The notes under the pieces: generated by a model
What the model saw: the letters and a program-made list of their open reading frames with translations, nothing else
Database searches by the model: none
Told to the model about the DNA's origin: nothing
In this document: positions 51,601 to 63,600 of the stretch, piece after piece
How the letters are laid out: each line of letters begins with the position of its first letter
Numbering within the stretch: position 1 is the first letter of the stretch
Translations under genes and position numbers: made by a program
Source: Hypanus sabinus
Lineage: Eukaryota
NCBI RefSeq assembly: GCF_030144855.1
Contig: NC_082712.1
Location: 13,454,001 to 13,518,000 of the forward strand
Direction of reading: 5' to 3'
Length of the DNA stretch: 64,000 nucleotides

Positions 51601-54600
51601 CTTAGGGGAAAGTGAAAGCTTTTAAAAATCAACAGAAAGCAACTAAAAAGTCATTATGAAGGTAAAGATGAAATATGAAAGTAAGCTAGCCAATAATATT
51701 AATGAATATACCAAAAGTTTCTTCAGATATTTGAAGTGTAAAGGAGAGGCGAGAGTGGATATTGGACCACTGGAAACCGATGCAGAAGAGGTGGTAATGA
51801 GGGACAATGAAATGGCGGATGAACTGAATTAGTATTTTGCATCAGTCTTCACTCAGAAGATGGTATCAGTATGGTGGAAGTTCCAGGAGCCAGGGGTCAT
51901 GAAGTCTGTGAAGTTACCATTACTAGAGAGAAGGTTTTTGCGAAACTGAAAAATCTGAAGGTAGATAAATCACCTGGACCCGATGCTGTACCTCCCAGGG
52001 TACTGAAAAGGGTGGCTGAAGGGATTGGGGAGGCGTTACTAATGATCTTTCAAGATTCACTAGATTCTGGAATGGTTCTGGAAGATGGGAAAATTGCAAA
52101 TGTCTCTCCAATATTCAAGAAGGGAGAGAGACAGAAGAAAGGAAACTATAGGCGAGTTAGTTTGATCTCAGTGGTTGGGAAGATGTTGGAGCTGATTATT
52201 AAGGATGTGGTCTCACATCCTTAATACTTGGAGGCACAAGATAAAATGGGCTGTAGTCAGCATGGTTTCCTTAAGGGAAAATCTTGCCTGACAAATCTGT
52301 TGGAATTCTTTGAAGAACTCACAAGCAGGATAGACAAAGGAGAATTGGTGGATGTTGTGCATTGGATTTTCAGAAGCTCTTTGACAAGGTGCCACATATG
52401 AGGCTGCTTTACAGGTGATGAGCCCATGGTATTCCAGGAAAGATACTCACTTGGATAAAGCAGGGGCTGACTGGCAGGAGATAAAGAGTGGGAATAAAGG
52501 GAGCCCTTTCTGGCTGGCAGCCGGTGACTAGTGGTTTTCGACAGGGGTCTGTGTTGGGACCGATTCATTTTACATGATGTGTCAATGACTTGGATAATGA
52601 AATTGATGGCTTTGTTGCAAAGTTTGCAGACAATATGAAAATATGAGGGGCAGGTAGTTTTGAGGAGGTAGAAAGGCTGCAGAACGACTGAGACAGATGA
52701 GGAGAATGAGCAAAGAAATAGCAGATGGAATAGTGTCGGCAGGTGTATGGTTGTGCACTTTGGCAAAAGAAATGAAATGACTGACTATTTTTTAAATGGA
52801 GAGTAAATACAAAAACGGAGGCAGAAAGAGATTTTGAAATGCTTGTGCAGGATTCCCTGAAGGCTAACTTGCAGGTTGAGTCTGCGGTGAGGAAGGCAAA
52901 TGCAATGTTCACATTCATTTCAAGAGGAGAATATAAAAGCAAGGATGTTTTCACTAGAATTCAAAAGAATGAGGTGTTTCCTTATTGAAACCTTTTGAAT
53001 GGTGAAAGGCCTTGATGGAGTGGATGTGGAGGGGATGTTTCCGATGGTGGGAGAGTCTAAGACCAGAAGACACAAGCTCAGAATCGAGATGCGTACTTTT
53101 AGAACAGAGATGAGGAGCAATTTCTTTAGCCAGAGAGTGGTGAATCTGTGGAATTCTTTGCCATAGACAGCTGTGAAATCACAGTAAGTTAGTTACAATA
53201 AGAAATATCTAAAAATGAATAAGTAGTATAAAAGGAGGGCAAAATGGATGTAGTGTTCACGGGTTCACAGACCGTTCATAAATCTGATGGCAGAGGCGAA
53301 GAAGCTGTTCCTGAAACATTGAATGTGAGTTTTCAGGCTCCTGTACCTCTTCCCTGATATTAGCAATGAGAAGAGGACGTGTCCTGGGTGGAGGGGGTCT
53401 GTGATGATGAATGCCGCCCATTTTAAAAGACAGAGGGACAGGTACTGTTCATGGATGGAATCACAAGCAAGATAATTATCACACAACTATTTTGTGAAAT
53501 TTGTCATTTTGTGGCAGCAGTGAAGTGTAGGAAATAAAAATTACCACAAGATACAAAATTAAATGAATAAATAGTATGAAATAGGAATGATTTGGAAGGT
53601 TATGGGCCAAACGCTTGCAAATAGGACCTTGGATGATGACCTTGGTCAGTTGGGCTGTACAGTGTGTCTCCACAACTCAGGTATCGATCGGGAGAAAACC
53701 CCTAGGGCACAGAGAAAATGGAAGCACTGTACTGAGGTCTGGTGTTAAAGCTGCTCTCTGTCTCACAGCTAACTCAAACTCAAACTCTCTCATTTACGTG
53801 CTGGTCGTTCTGGTTCTCCTGCTCCCAGTCTGTGTCCTCCTGGCAGTCTCCTGGAAGAAGAAAGGTGAGCGGAGAACTGGCTGGCAAGTGAAGATGACTG
53901 TTCCTCTCTATGAAGGAGAGTGGCTGATGGGGGGAGAGTCGGTGGGCTGTGGGAGGCGATTCAGTGGGTGATGGGGAGAGTTGGTGGACTGTGGGAGGGG
54001 ATTCAGTGGGTGATGGGGGAGAGTCAGTGAGCTGTGAGAGGGGATTCAGTGGGTGATGGGGGGAGAGTCAGTGGGCTGTGGGAGGGGATTCAGTGGGTGA
54101 TGGGGGAGAGTCAGTGAGCTGTGGGAGGGGATTCAGTGGATGATGGGGGAGAGTCGGTGGGCTGTGGGAGGGGATTCAGTGGGTGATGGGGGGAGAGTCG
54201 GTGGACTGTGGGAGGGGATTCAGTGGGTGATGGGGAGAGTTGGTGGACTGTGGGAGGGGATTCAGTGGGTGCTGGGGGGAGAGTCGGTGGGCAGTGGGAG
54301 GGGATTCAGTGGGTGATGGGGGAGAGAGTCAGTGGATGATGGGGGAGAGTCGGTGGGCAGTGGGAGGGGATTCAGTGGGTGATGGGGGGGAGAGTCGGTG
54401 GTCAGTGGGAGGGGATTCAGTGGGTGATGGGAGAGAGTCAGTGGGCTTTGGGAGGGGATTCAGTGGGTGATGGGGGAGAGTCAGTGAGCTGTGGGAGGGG
54501 ATTCAGTGGGTGATGGGGGAGAGTTGGTGGACTGTGGGAGGGGATTCAGTGGGTGATGGGGGAGAGTCAGTGGGCTGTGGGAGGGGATTCAGTGGGTGAT

Positions 54601-57600
54601 GGGGGAGAGTCAGTGGGCTGTGGGAGGGGATTCAGTGGGTGATGGGGGAAGAGTCGGTGGACTGGGAGGGGATTCAGTGGGTGGGGGAGAGTGTCTGTGG
54701 GATGTGAGAGGGGATTCAGTGGTGGGAGTGGGCAGAGTTCCTTTTGTCTACGAACCTTTCGTACTCTGCACTTCTTGGTGCACAACACGGATTTCAGTTT
54801 TTAAGTACAGTAATGATTGTCTTTTTATTTCTTCAGTTCACATCTGGCTGATGGGTTTCATCAGAGGTACGAAAAGGTAAGGTGAATCGATACGGAGACC
54901 AGGCTGGGGTTGAATGGGAGGTCCGTCACCCACAGGTTGAGCACAGCATGCTGACCTTGTTCAGAGATCTGATTAGTCACTGGAGGCCTGTGACTAGTGG
55001 AGTCCCACAGGGATCGGTGCTGGGTCCACTGTTAGTCATCTCTATCATCTGGATGATAATGCGATTAACTGAATCAACAAATTTGCAGATGACACCAAGA
55101 TTGGGGGTGAAGTGGACAGTGAGAAAGACTATCACGGCTTGCAGAGGGATCTGGACCAACTGGAAAAATGGGCTGAAAAATGGCAGCTGGAGCTTAATGT
55201 AGACAAGTGCGAGCTGTGGCAGTTTGGGAGAACCAGCCAGTGTAGGCCTTACATGGTGAATGTACGGCAGTGAGGAGTGTGGTAGATCAAAGGGATCTGG
55301 GAATACAGGTCCATAATTCATTGAAAGTGGCATCACCTGTAGTAATGGATGCAAAGAAAGCTTTTGGCAAATTGGCCTTCATAAATCAATGTAGTGAGTA
55401 AAGGAGATGGATGTTATGTTGAAGTTGTATAAGACATCAGTGAAGCCTAATTTGGAGTATTGTGTGCAGTTTTGGTCACCAAAATACACGAAAGATGTAG
55501 ATAAGGTTGAAAGAGTACAGAGAAAGTTTACAAGGATGTTGCCGAGTCTGGAGGACCTGGGTTATCGGGAACATAGAAGATTGAGAGGAGATTTGATAGA
55601 GTTATACAAAATTACGAGGGGTACAGATAGGGTAAGTGCAAGCAGGCTTTTTCCACTGAGGTTGAGTGAGACTGAAGCTAGAGGTCATGGGTAAAGGGTA
55701 AAAGGTGAGAAGTTTAAGGGGAACATGAGGGAAACATCTTCATTCAGAGGGTGGTGAGAGTGTGGAACGAGCTGCCAGCACAAGTGGTGCATGTGGGTTC
55801 AATTTCAATTGAAGGGCTTTGGTTCAGATGCAGGTCGATGGGACGAGGCAGATTACTGGTTCAGCATGGGCTCGATGGGCCAAAGGGTCTGTTCTGTGGT
55901 GTACTGTTCCTTGACTCCATGACTATCAGCTTTATTTGTCACAGGCATGACGAAACATACAGTGAATGTGTCATTTGTGTCAATAACCAACACAGTCCGA
56001 GATTGCGCTGGGGGCAGTCGGCAAGTGTTGCCGTGCTTCTAACGCCAACATAACATGCCCACAACTTACTGACCCTAACCTGTATGATTTTGGACTGTGG
56101 GAGGAAACCGGAGCACCCGGAGGAAACCCACAGGACAGGCAGTCAGGATGAAACGAAAAACTTGCTTACAGAGGATGCCAGAATTGAACTCTGAACTCTG
56201 ACACCCCGAGCTGTATCTTCACAACCCTGTCTAGCTGTGACACCACTTTCAGGGAATTAAGGGTCTGTGTTCCCTCATTGCTCTGTCCTGCCACACTCCT
56301 CAGAACCTGAGGTCTTGCATTTTGTCATATTAAATTAAACCTGATCTGCTGTTCCTTGGCCCACTGGGTCCGTTGTAATCTTGGATAACCACAACTGGGA
56401 TCATGCTGTGATTTCATGATATCGGTTCTTTTCTCAACAGGAATGTTCCACCTTCGACCCGATCGGAGCAGGAACAGAAGCCGCCTCAGTCAGGTACTGA
56501 GCTGACAGCGCGAGGGGGTGAACCAGTCACGGCTCCCAGGGGAACGATCAATAACAAATCTAGAACAGGCAGGGAGCTCCACCAGCCGAGGAAAGAGCAG
56601 AGCAGCTTCGGGTTCACTGGAACGTTAAAGCCATGTCCTCTTGTACTGAGCAGTGGTGCCCTGGGGAAGAGGTTATAGAAATTATAGACCAGTGAGTTTT
56701 ACCTCAGTGGTTGGTAAGTTTTATGGAGGATTTTAAGCAGGATTTATGAACTTTCGGAAAGGTATAATATGATTAGGAGTAGTCAGCATGGCTTTGTCAA
56801 AGGCAGATCGTGCCTTACAAGCCTGATTGAATTTTTTGAGGATGTGACTAAACACATTGATGAAGAAGAGCAGTAGATGTAGTGTATATGGATTTGGGCA
56901 AAGCATTTGATAAGGTACCTCATGCAAGGCTTATTGAGAAAGTAAGGAGGCATGGGATCCAAGGGGACATTGCTTTGTAAATGGAGAACTGGCTTGCCCA
57001 CAGAAGGCAAGTGGTTCTAGATGGGTCATAATCTGCATGGAGGTCGGTGACGAGTGGTGTGCCTCGGGGATCTGCTCTGCAACCCCTACTCTTTGTGGTT
57101 TTTATAAATTACCTGGATGAGGAATTGTAGGGATGGGTTAGTAAATCTGCTGATGACACAAAGGTTGGGGGTGTTGTGAATAGTGTGGAGGGCTGTCAGA
57201 GGTTACAGTTGGACATTGATAGGATGCAAAAATGGGCTAAGAAGTGGCAGATGGAGTTCAACCCAGATAAGTGTGAGGTGGTTCATTTTGGTAGGTCAAA
57301 TATGATGGTAGAATATAATATTAATTGTAAGACACTTGGCAGTGTGGAGGATCAGAAGGATCTTGGGGTCCGAATCCATAGGACATGCAAAGTTGCCATG
57401 CAGGTTAAGAAGACATACAGTGCATTGGCCTTCATCAATCATGGGATTGAGTTTAGGAGCCGAGAGGTAATGTTGCAGCTATATAGGATCTTATCAGTCT
57501 CCACTTGGAGTACTATACTCAGTTCTGGTCACCTCACTACAGGAAGGACGTGGAAACCATAGAAAGGGTGCAGATGAGATTTACCAGGATGCTGCCTGGA

Positions 57601-60600
57601 TTGGGGAGCGAGCCTTATGGGAATAGGTTGAGTGAACTCGGCCTTTTCTCCTTGGAGCGATGGAGGATGTGAGGTGACCTGATAGAGGTGTACAAGATGA
57701 TGAGAGGCATTGATCGTGTGGCTAGTCAGAGGTTTTTTCCAGGGCTGAAATGGTTGCCACAAGTGGACACAGGTTTAAGGTGCTTGGAAGTAGGTACAGA
57801 GGAGATGACAGGGGTAAGTTTTTTACACAGAGAGTAGTGAGTGCATGGAATGGGCTGCTGGCGATGGTCACAGAGGCTGATACGATGGGGTCTTTTAGAG
57901 ACTCCTGGATAGGCACATGGAGCTTAGAAAAATAGAGGGCCATGGGTAGCCCGATGTAATTTCTAAAGTAAGGGCGTGTTTGGCACAGCTTTGTGGGCCG
58001 AAGGGCCTGTATTGTGCTGTAGGCTTTCTGTGTTTCTGACATAACCACTTAACACCATAAGACATAGAAGCACAAGTAGGCCATTCAGCCCATCAAGTCT
58101 GCTCTACTATTCAATCACGGGCTGATTCAATTCTTCTGGTCATCCCCACTCCCCTGCCTTCTCTCCGTACCCTGGCTAATAAGAACATATTTTTCTCTGC
58201 CTTAAAGACACCACAGCTGCTCGTGGCAACAAATTCCACAGATTTACCACCCTCTGACTAAAGTAATTTCTCCTCATCTCTGTTCTAAATGGACATCCTT
58301 CATTCCTGAAGTTGTGCCCGCTTGGCCTGGACTCCCCTACCATGGGAAATAACTTTGCCATATCTAATCTGTTCAGGCCTTTTGACATTCAGAATGTTTC
58401 TATGAGATCCCCTTCATTCTCCTGAACTTGAGGGAACACAGCCCAAGAGCTGCCAGACATTCCTCATCCGGTAACCCTCTCATTCCCTTGCATTCCCATT
58501 CTGATGCTCTCAGGAGAGTGAGAGTAATGGATATAAGAATGTCTCTCTCTCTGAAGGGTGACTGCGATCTGCTGTCCCTTCTGATCAGAATGAACACTAG
58601 ACTCAGCAGACGATTGACAGTTGAGCGTCAATAACTTTTCGAGGCTGCCTGTCAGTGGGAAGTAACCATCATTTGAAAGCCATGCCAGACCGTGACCATT
58701 GCCACCAGGAGTCTGACCGTCTGCCTCGTTGTCACGGTGAGCACCAGTACAATTCAACCCAGGAGTGGAGGAATGGCAGATTCTGTCACAGTGAGTGTTG
58801 GCGATGACTCAACCCAGGGGCAAAGGACCGGCAGACTCCGTCATTGTGAGCACTGACGACAACTGAACCCAGGAGTGAGCGAATGGCAGACTCTGTCACA
58901 GTGAGTGCTGACAATGACTCAAACCAGGAGCGGAGGAACAGCAGACTCTGTCATGGTGAACGCCGGCGTGACTGAACCCAGGTGCTCCCATGAAGAGACG
59001 GAAACAAGGGATTAGACATAGGAATACCAACAGAGTATCAGAGAGACGATCGAGTGACACTGTGAGACTAATCATTCTCCACAAACACAAGCACTCCACT
59101 CAGCACTAAATGAGAGTCCCCTTTCAATAATCATGGAAAGCAGAAAGCCCGTTCCAGTCACAATTAACTTGACCAGATTAAACAGAAAACACAAGGCCAA
59201 GGTAACGTGCCTGAATGACTGGCGTCCTGTTGCACTCACATCAGTAATAAGCAAATGCTTTGAGAGGCTGTTCAAGGACAACATCTGCAGCTTGCTACCA
59301 CCCACATCGGACCCCCTACAATTCATCCACCGACACAACCAATCAACTGATGATTCAACAGCCACAGCTCTACACACTGTCCTTACACATCTGGAGAAGA
59401 AGGATGCTTATGTGAGAATGCTGTTCTTGGATTACAGTTCAGCATTCAACACAGTAATCCCGCCCATCCCTCCACCAGGCTCGACAAGGAGCCTAGAGAC
59501 CTCGGCCTTCACCCTGCCTTGTGCAGCTGGATCCTGGACTGACTGTCAGATTGCCAGCAGGTGATAAGAGTGGGCTCCCTCACCGGCACCCCTCTGACCC
59601 TCAACACAGGTGCCCCTCAGGGCTGTGTACTAAGGCCTCTCCTTTACTCTCTGTCAACCCATGACTGTGTCACTACCCAGAGCTCCAATCTGCTGATTAA
59701 ATACGCTGACGACACTACCACGATGGCCTCATCTCAAGCAGCTTTAAGTTCCTCAGCATAAACATCACCAAGCATCTCACGTGGTCTGTACATACCAGCT
59801 ATGTGGTGAAAAAGGCACATCAGCACCTCTTTCACCTGAGACAGTTGAAGAAGTTTGGTATGGGCCCCCAAATCCTAAGAACTTTCCACAGGGGCACAAT
59901 TGAGAGCATCCTGACTGGCTGCATCACTGACTGGTATGGGAACTGTACCTCCTTTAATCGCAGGACTCTGCACAAGTTCACCATGGTGTGGGCACAGTCC
60001 ATCCTCCAGGAGATCGGGAGCGATCACTGCCTGCTGAGGAGGTTCTACTTTAGTGGGTGGTGGAAGGGCTGGGATGGGGGAACGTTTGGCCACAATATGG
60101 AAAGAGGGTGGAGAGTTTTTGATAAACACAAGAGATTCTGCAGATGCTGGAAATCCAGAGGAACACACACAAAATGCTGGAGGACACAGATGCCCCTCAG
60201 GCCTGTGTACCAAGTCCCCTCCTTTACTCTCTGTATACCCATGACTGTCGCCACCCACAGCTCCAATCTCTAATTAATTTTGCTGACAACATTACACTGA
60301 TTATCTCAAATAATAATGAGGCAGCCTGTAGATGTGAACTTCCATCTATTCAGGACATTTACAAAGACAGGTGTGTAAAAACAGCCCAAAGGATCATTGG
60401 AGACCAGAGTCATCCCAAACACAAACTGTTCCAGCTGCTACCATCTGGGAAATGGTACCGCAGCATAAAAGCCAGGAACAACAGGCTCCGGAACAGCTTC
60501 TTCCACCAGATCATCAGACTGATTAATTCATGCTGACACAACTGTACTTCTATGTTATATTGACTATCCTGTTGTACATAATATTACTATAAATTACTAT

Positions 60601-63600
60601 GAATTGCTCATTGCTCATTTGGATGGAAACGTAACGTAAAGATTTTTACTCCTCATGTATAGGAAGGATGTAAGTAATAATGTCAATTCAGTTCAGTTCA
60701 ATTCAGGAACTCAGCACCTATCTACTCTCCTGTCTGTTACACCACTGAGGTTTCGGGCAGCAATGGCGGTCCTCCATCTCTGGCCTACTTCATCATATCG
60801 GTAGCTTTCACAACTGTCACTCACGCAAGTCCCAGGTGGAGACTCAGGAATACCATCGCGCTCAGATGTAGAAGGATCCTTCACTACTGTTTCCATAACA
60901 GATTTGATTGACCAGTCAGGGTTGTTAGCCCTGAGCTGAACCCCAAAACTGGAGAACCAGTGGACCTCTCTCAGACTGGCCTCTGCCCTTTGACCTGTTT
61001 GGCATGGCTGACCCTACCAAGAGCCAAAGCATAAAACCTGAACTCCAGCCAACATAGCTTTCCGAGTCATTGAGGTACACGGGCCTCCGAACCCTATGAC
61101 AAGGTTGTGATCCTCTTAGAAGAGGCAGCATCTCTGGAGAGGAATAAACGTTTGATGTTTCAGGATGAGACCTTCATTCCCCTCCATAGATGCTGCCTGA
61201 CCTGCTGAGTTCCTTTAGCATTTGAGTGTGTTACTCTGGAGAGGTTTTAGACTCAGATATGTAAGGCCTACAGAAACAAACAGCCCGAACATTTCAGCTA
61301 ATTCACAGAGGAAAAAGCAAGTCCCATGGAACGAGGACCCAGAATAAACTCCAAGGGCCAAACTTCCTTCTGTCCTGTGACCATCCTGTGTTTTGTGACA
61401 GCACAAGACAATGGCAGTGTGTACGACAGCGTTCTCTTCAATCGCAGTGAGAGAGCTCAACATCACTGCCTCATTTGCTGAGGAATTTTGTCTAATTTGT
61501 ATTCAGAACTTAAGCAGATAATCAACAGAACCTTTCGATTTTCTTAAAGGTGCTGAAACAGTGGACAGTCGGTGATTCAGAATATCGTATTTACACTCAG
61601 TGGTCACTTTATTAGGTAGACCTGTACACCTGACTCAGTACTTTGATTTATGAAAGCTATTGTATAAAACTCTTTTGGAAACACTATGTACCTGTGGACA
61701 CCACTCTCCAAGGTCTTGTACAGTCTGTAGGTAGTTTAAGGCTCCATATAAATGTGAGCTGCTAGGTGTTGTAATATTTCTTGCTTTCAGACATTAGTCG
61801 ACTCGGACTAATCACTCTCCTCCTTACAGAGCAGTCAGATTCCTTCACTTATGCCAACATTTCAACAGGACTTGGGAAGGCAAGAAAACCTCAAACTGAA
61901 GATCAAGGTACAGTCTCCATTTACCGTTCACCATTTTTCAGACTGCCTGCTGACCATCAAATATTGAAAACCTAGATAGGGCAGAATTGGAGAGCATGTT
62001 TCCGAAAGTGGGGGAGTCTAGGAGCAGAGGATACAGCCTCAGAATGGAGGGATGTCGTTATAGAACAGAGATGAGGAGGAATTTCTTTAGCCAGAGGGTG
62101 GTGAGGAATTCGCCACAGACGGATGTGGAAGCCAAGTTACTGGGTTATTACCAAGTTATTTAAAGCAGATGTTGATAGGGTCTTAATTAGTCAGAGTGTC
62201 AAAGATTATGGGGAGAAAGCAAGAGAATGGGGTTGAGAGGGAAAATAAATCAACCATGATGGAATGGTGAAGCAGACTCGATGGGCTGAATGGCCTGCTC
62301 CTCTGTTTTATGGTCTTATGCTTTCTTTAAACATTTTATCTTTACACTTAACCTATGGCCTCTAGTTCTAGTCTCATAGAAACATAGAAATCTACAGCAC
62401 ATTACAGGCCCTTCAGCCCACAATGTTGTGCCGACCATGTAACCTACTCTAGAAACTGCCTAGAATTTCCCTACTGCATAGCCCTCTGTTTATCTAAGCT
62501 CCATTTACCTATCTAAGAGTCTCTTAAAAGACCCTATTGTATCCACCTCTAACACCTTTGCTGGCAGTGCATTCCACGCACCCACCGCTTTCTGTCTGTG
62601 AAAAACTTACCCCTGACATTTCCTCTGTCCCTACTTCCCAGCACCTTAGGACTGTGCCCCCTCAGTGGGTTTTCTCACCCAACCTCAGTGGAAAAAGCCT
62701 GCTTGCATTTATCTTATTACTACCCCTCATAATTTCACATGCCTCTATCAAATCTCCCTTCATTCCCCTACACTCCAGGGAATAAAACCCAACCTCTTTA
62801 ATCTTTCCCTATAACTCAGGTCACCAAGTTCTGGCAGCATCCTTGTAAACTTCCTCTGCACTCTGCACTTTCAATCTTATTCATATCTTTTCTGTAGTTA
62901 GGTGACCAAATCTGCACACAATACTCTAAACTGGGCCTCACCAATGCCTTATACAGCTTCAACATAACATTGCAACTCCTGACTTTGATTTGCTGTCGGT
63001 TCAGACGAATCCCTCTCCTTACAGAGCAGCCAGATTCCTGCACTTACGCCACTATTTTGATGAGAGGTGAGAAGGGAAGCAAACCACAAGCTGAAGATCA
63101 AGGTACAGTCTCCGCTTACCTTTCACCATTTCTTGGATCACTTCGAGGTCATCCTGCTGACTAACAGAAAGTTCTTCTTCAATTCCAGGTGGGCAGAAGC
63201 AGGAAGCTGGACCTCCAGGTGAGGCTTTCTCTCAAGGTATTCTTGAAAATGATCTCCTTCAACTGCTCCATTCACCTGTCCCTCCCACTCACAGGGTGTG
63301 TGTCTGGCTGTCGCTGGGTCCTGCAGTCCACCTCAGTGAGACTGGAGGGAAGGATTGGAGAAGCAGTGAAGAGTGGGAGAGGAGAGGGGAGGGAGAACGA
63401 AAGAGAGGGGGGAAGGGGAGAGAGGGTGAGGGAGGAGAAAGGCGATAAAAGAGAGCGAGGACGAGGAGAGAAGGAGAGACAGAAGGGGTGACGGAAAGGC
63501 AGATGGGGAGTGGGAGAGGGAGAGGGACAGAGAGGGGAAGGGAGATGAAGGGTGAGAGTGGGGTGAATGGAGGGAGAGACGGAGAGGGATAGGTGGGAAG

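Noticed and set aside
53925-54725. CRISPR-like array (also considered for 3740-4072 and 42194-42611)
   Set aside because: Units are contiguous with no unique spacers, there are no cas genes, and the context is eukaryotic.
61791-61829. Upstream acceptor TTGCTTTCAG extending exon 8 by 39 nt
   Set aside because: In frame and possible, but the downstream acceptor has a better pyrimidine tract and branch site and is the one conserved in the duplicate exon.
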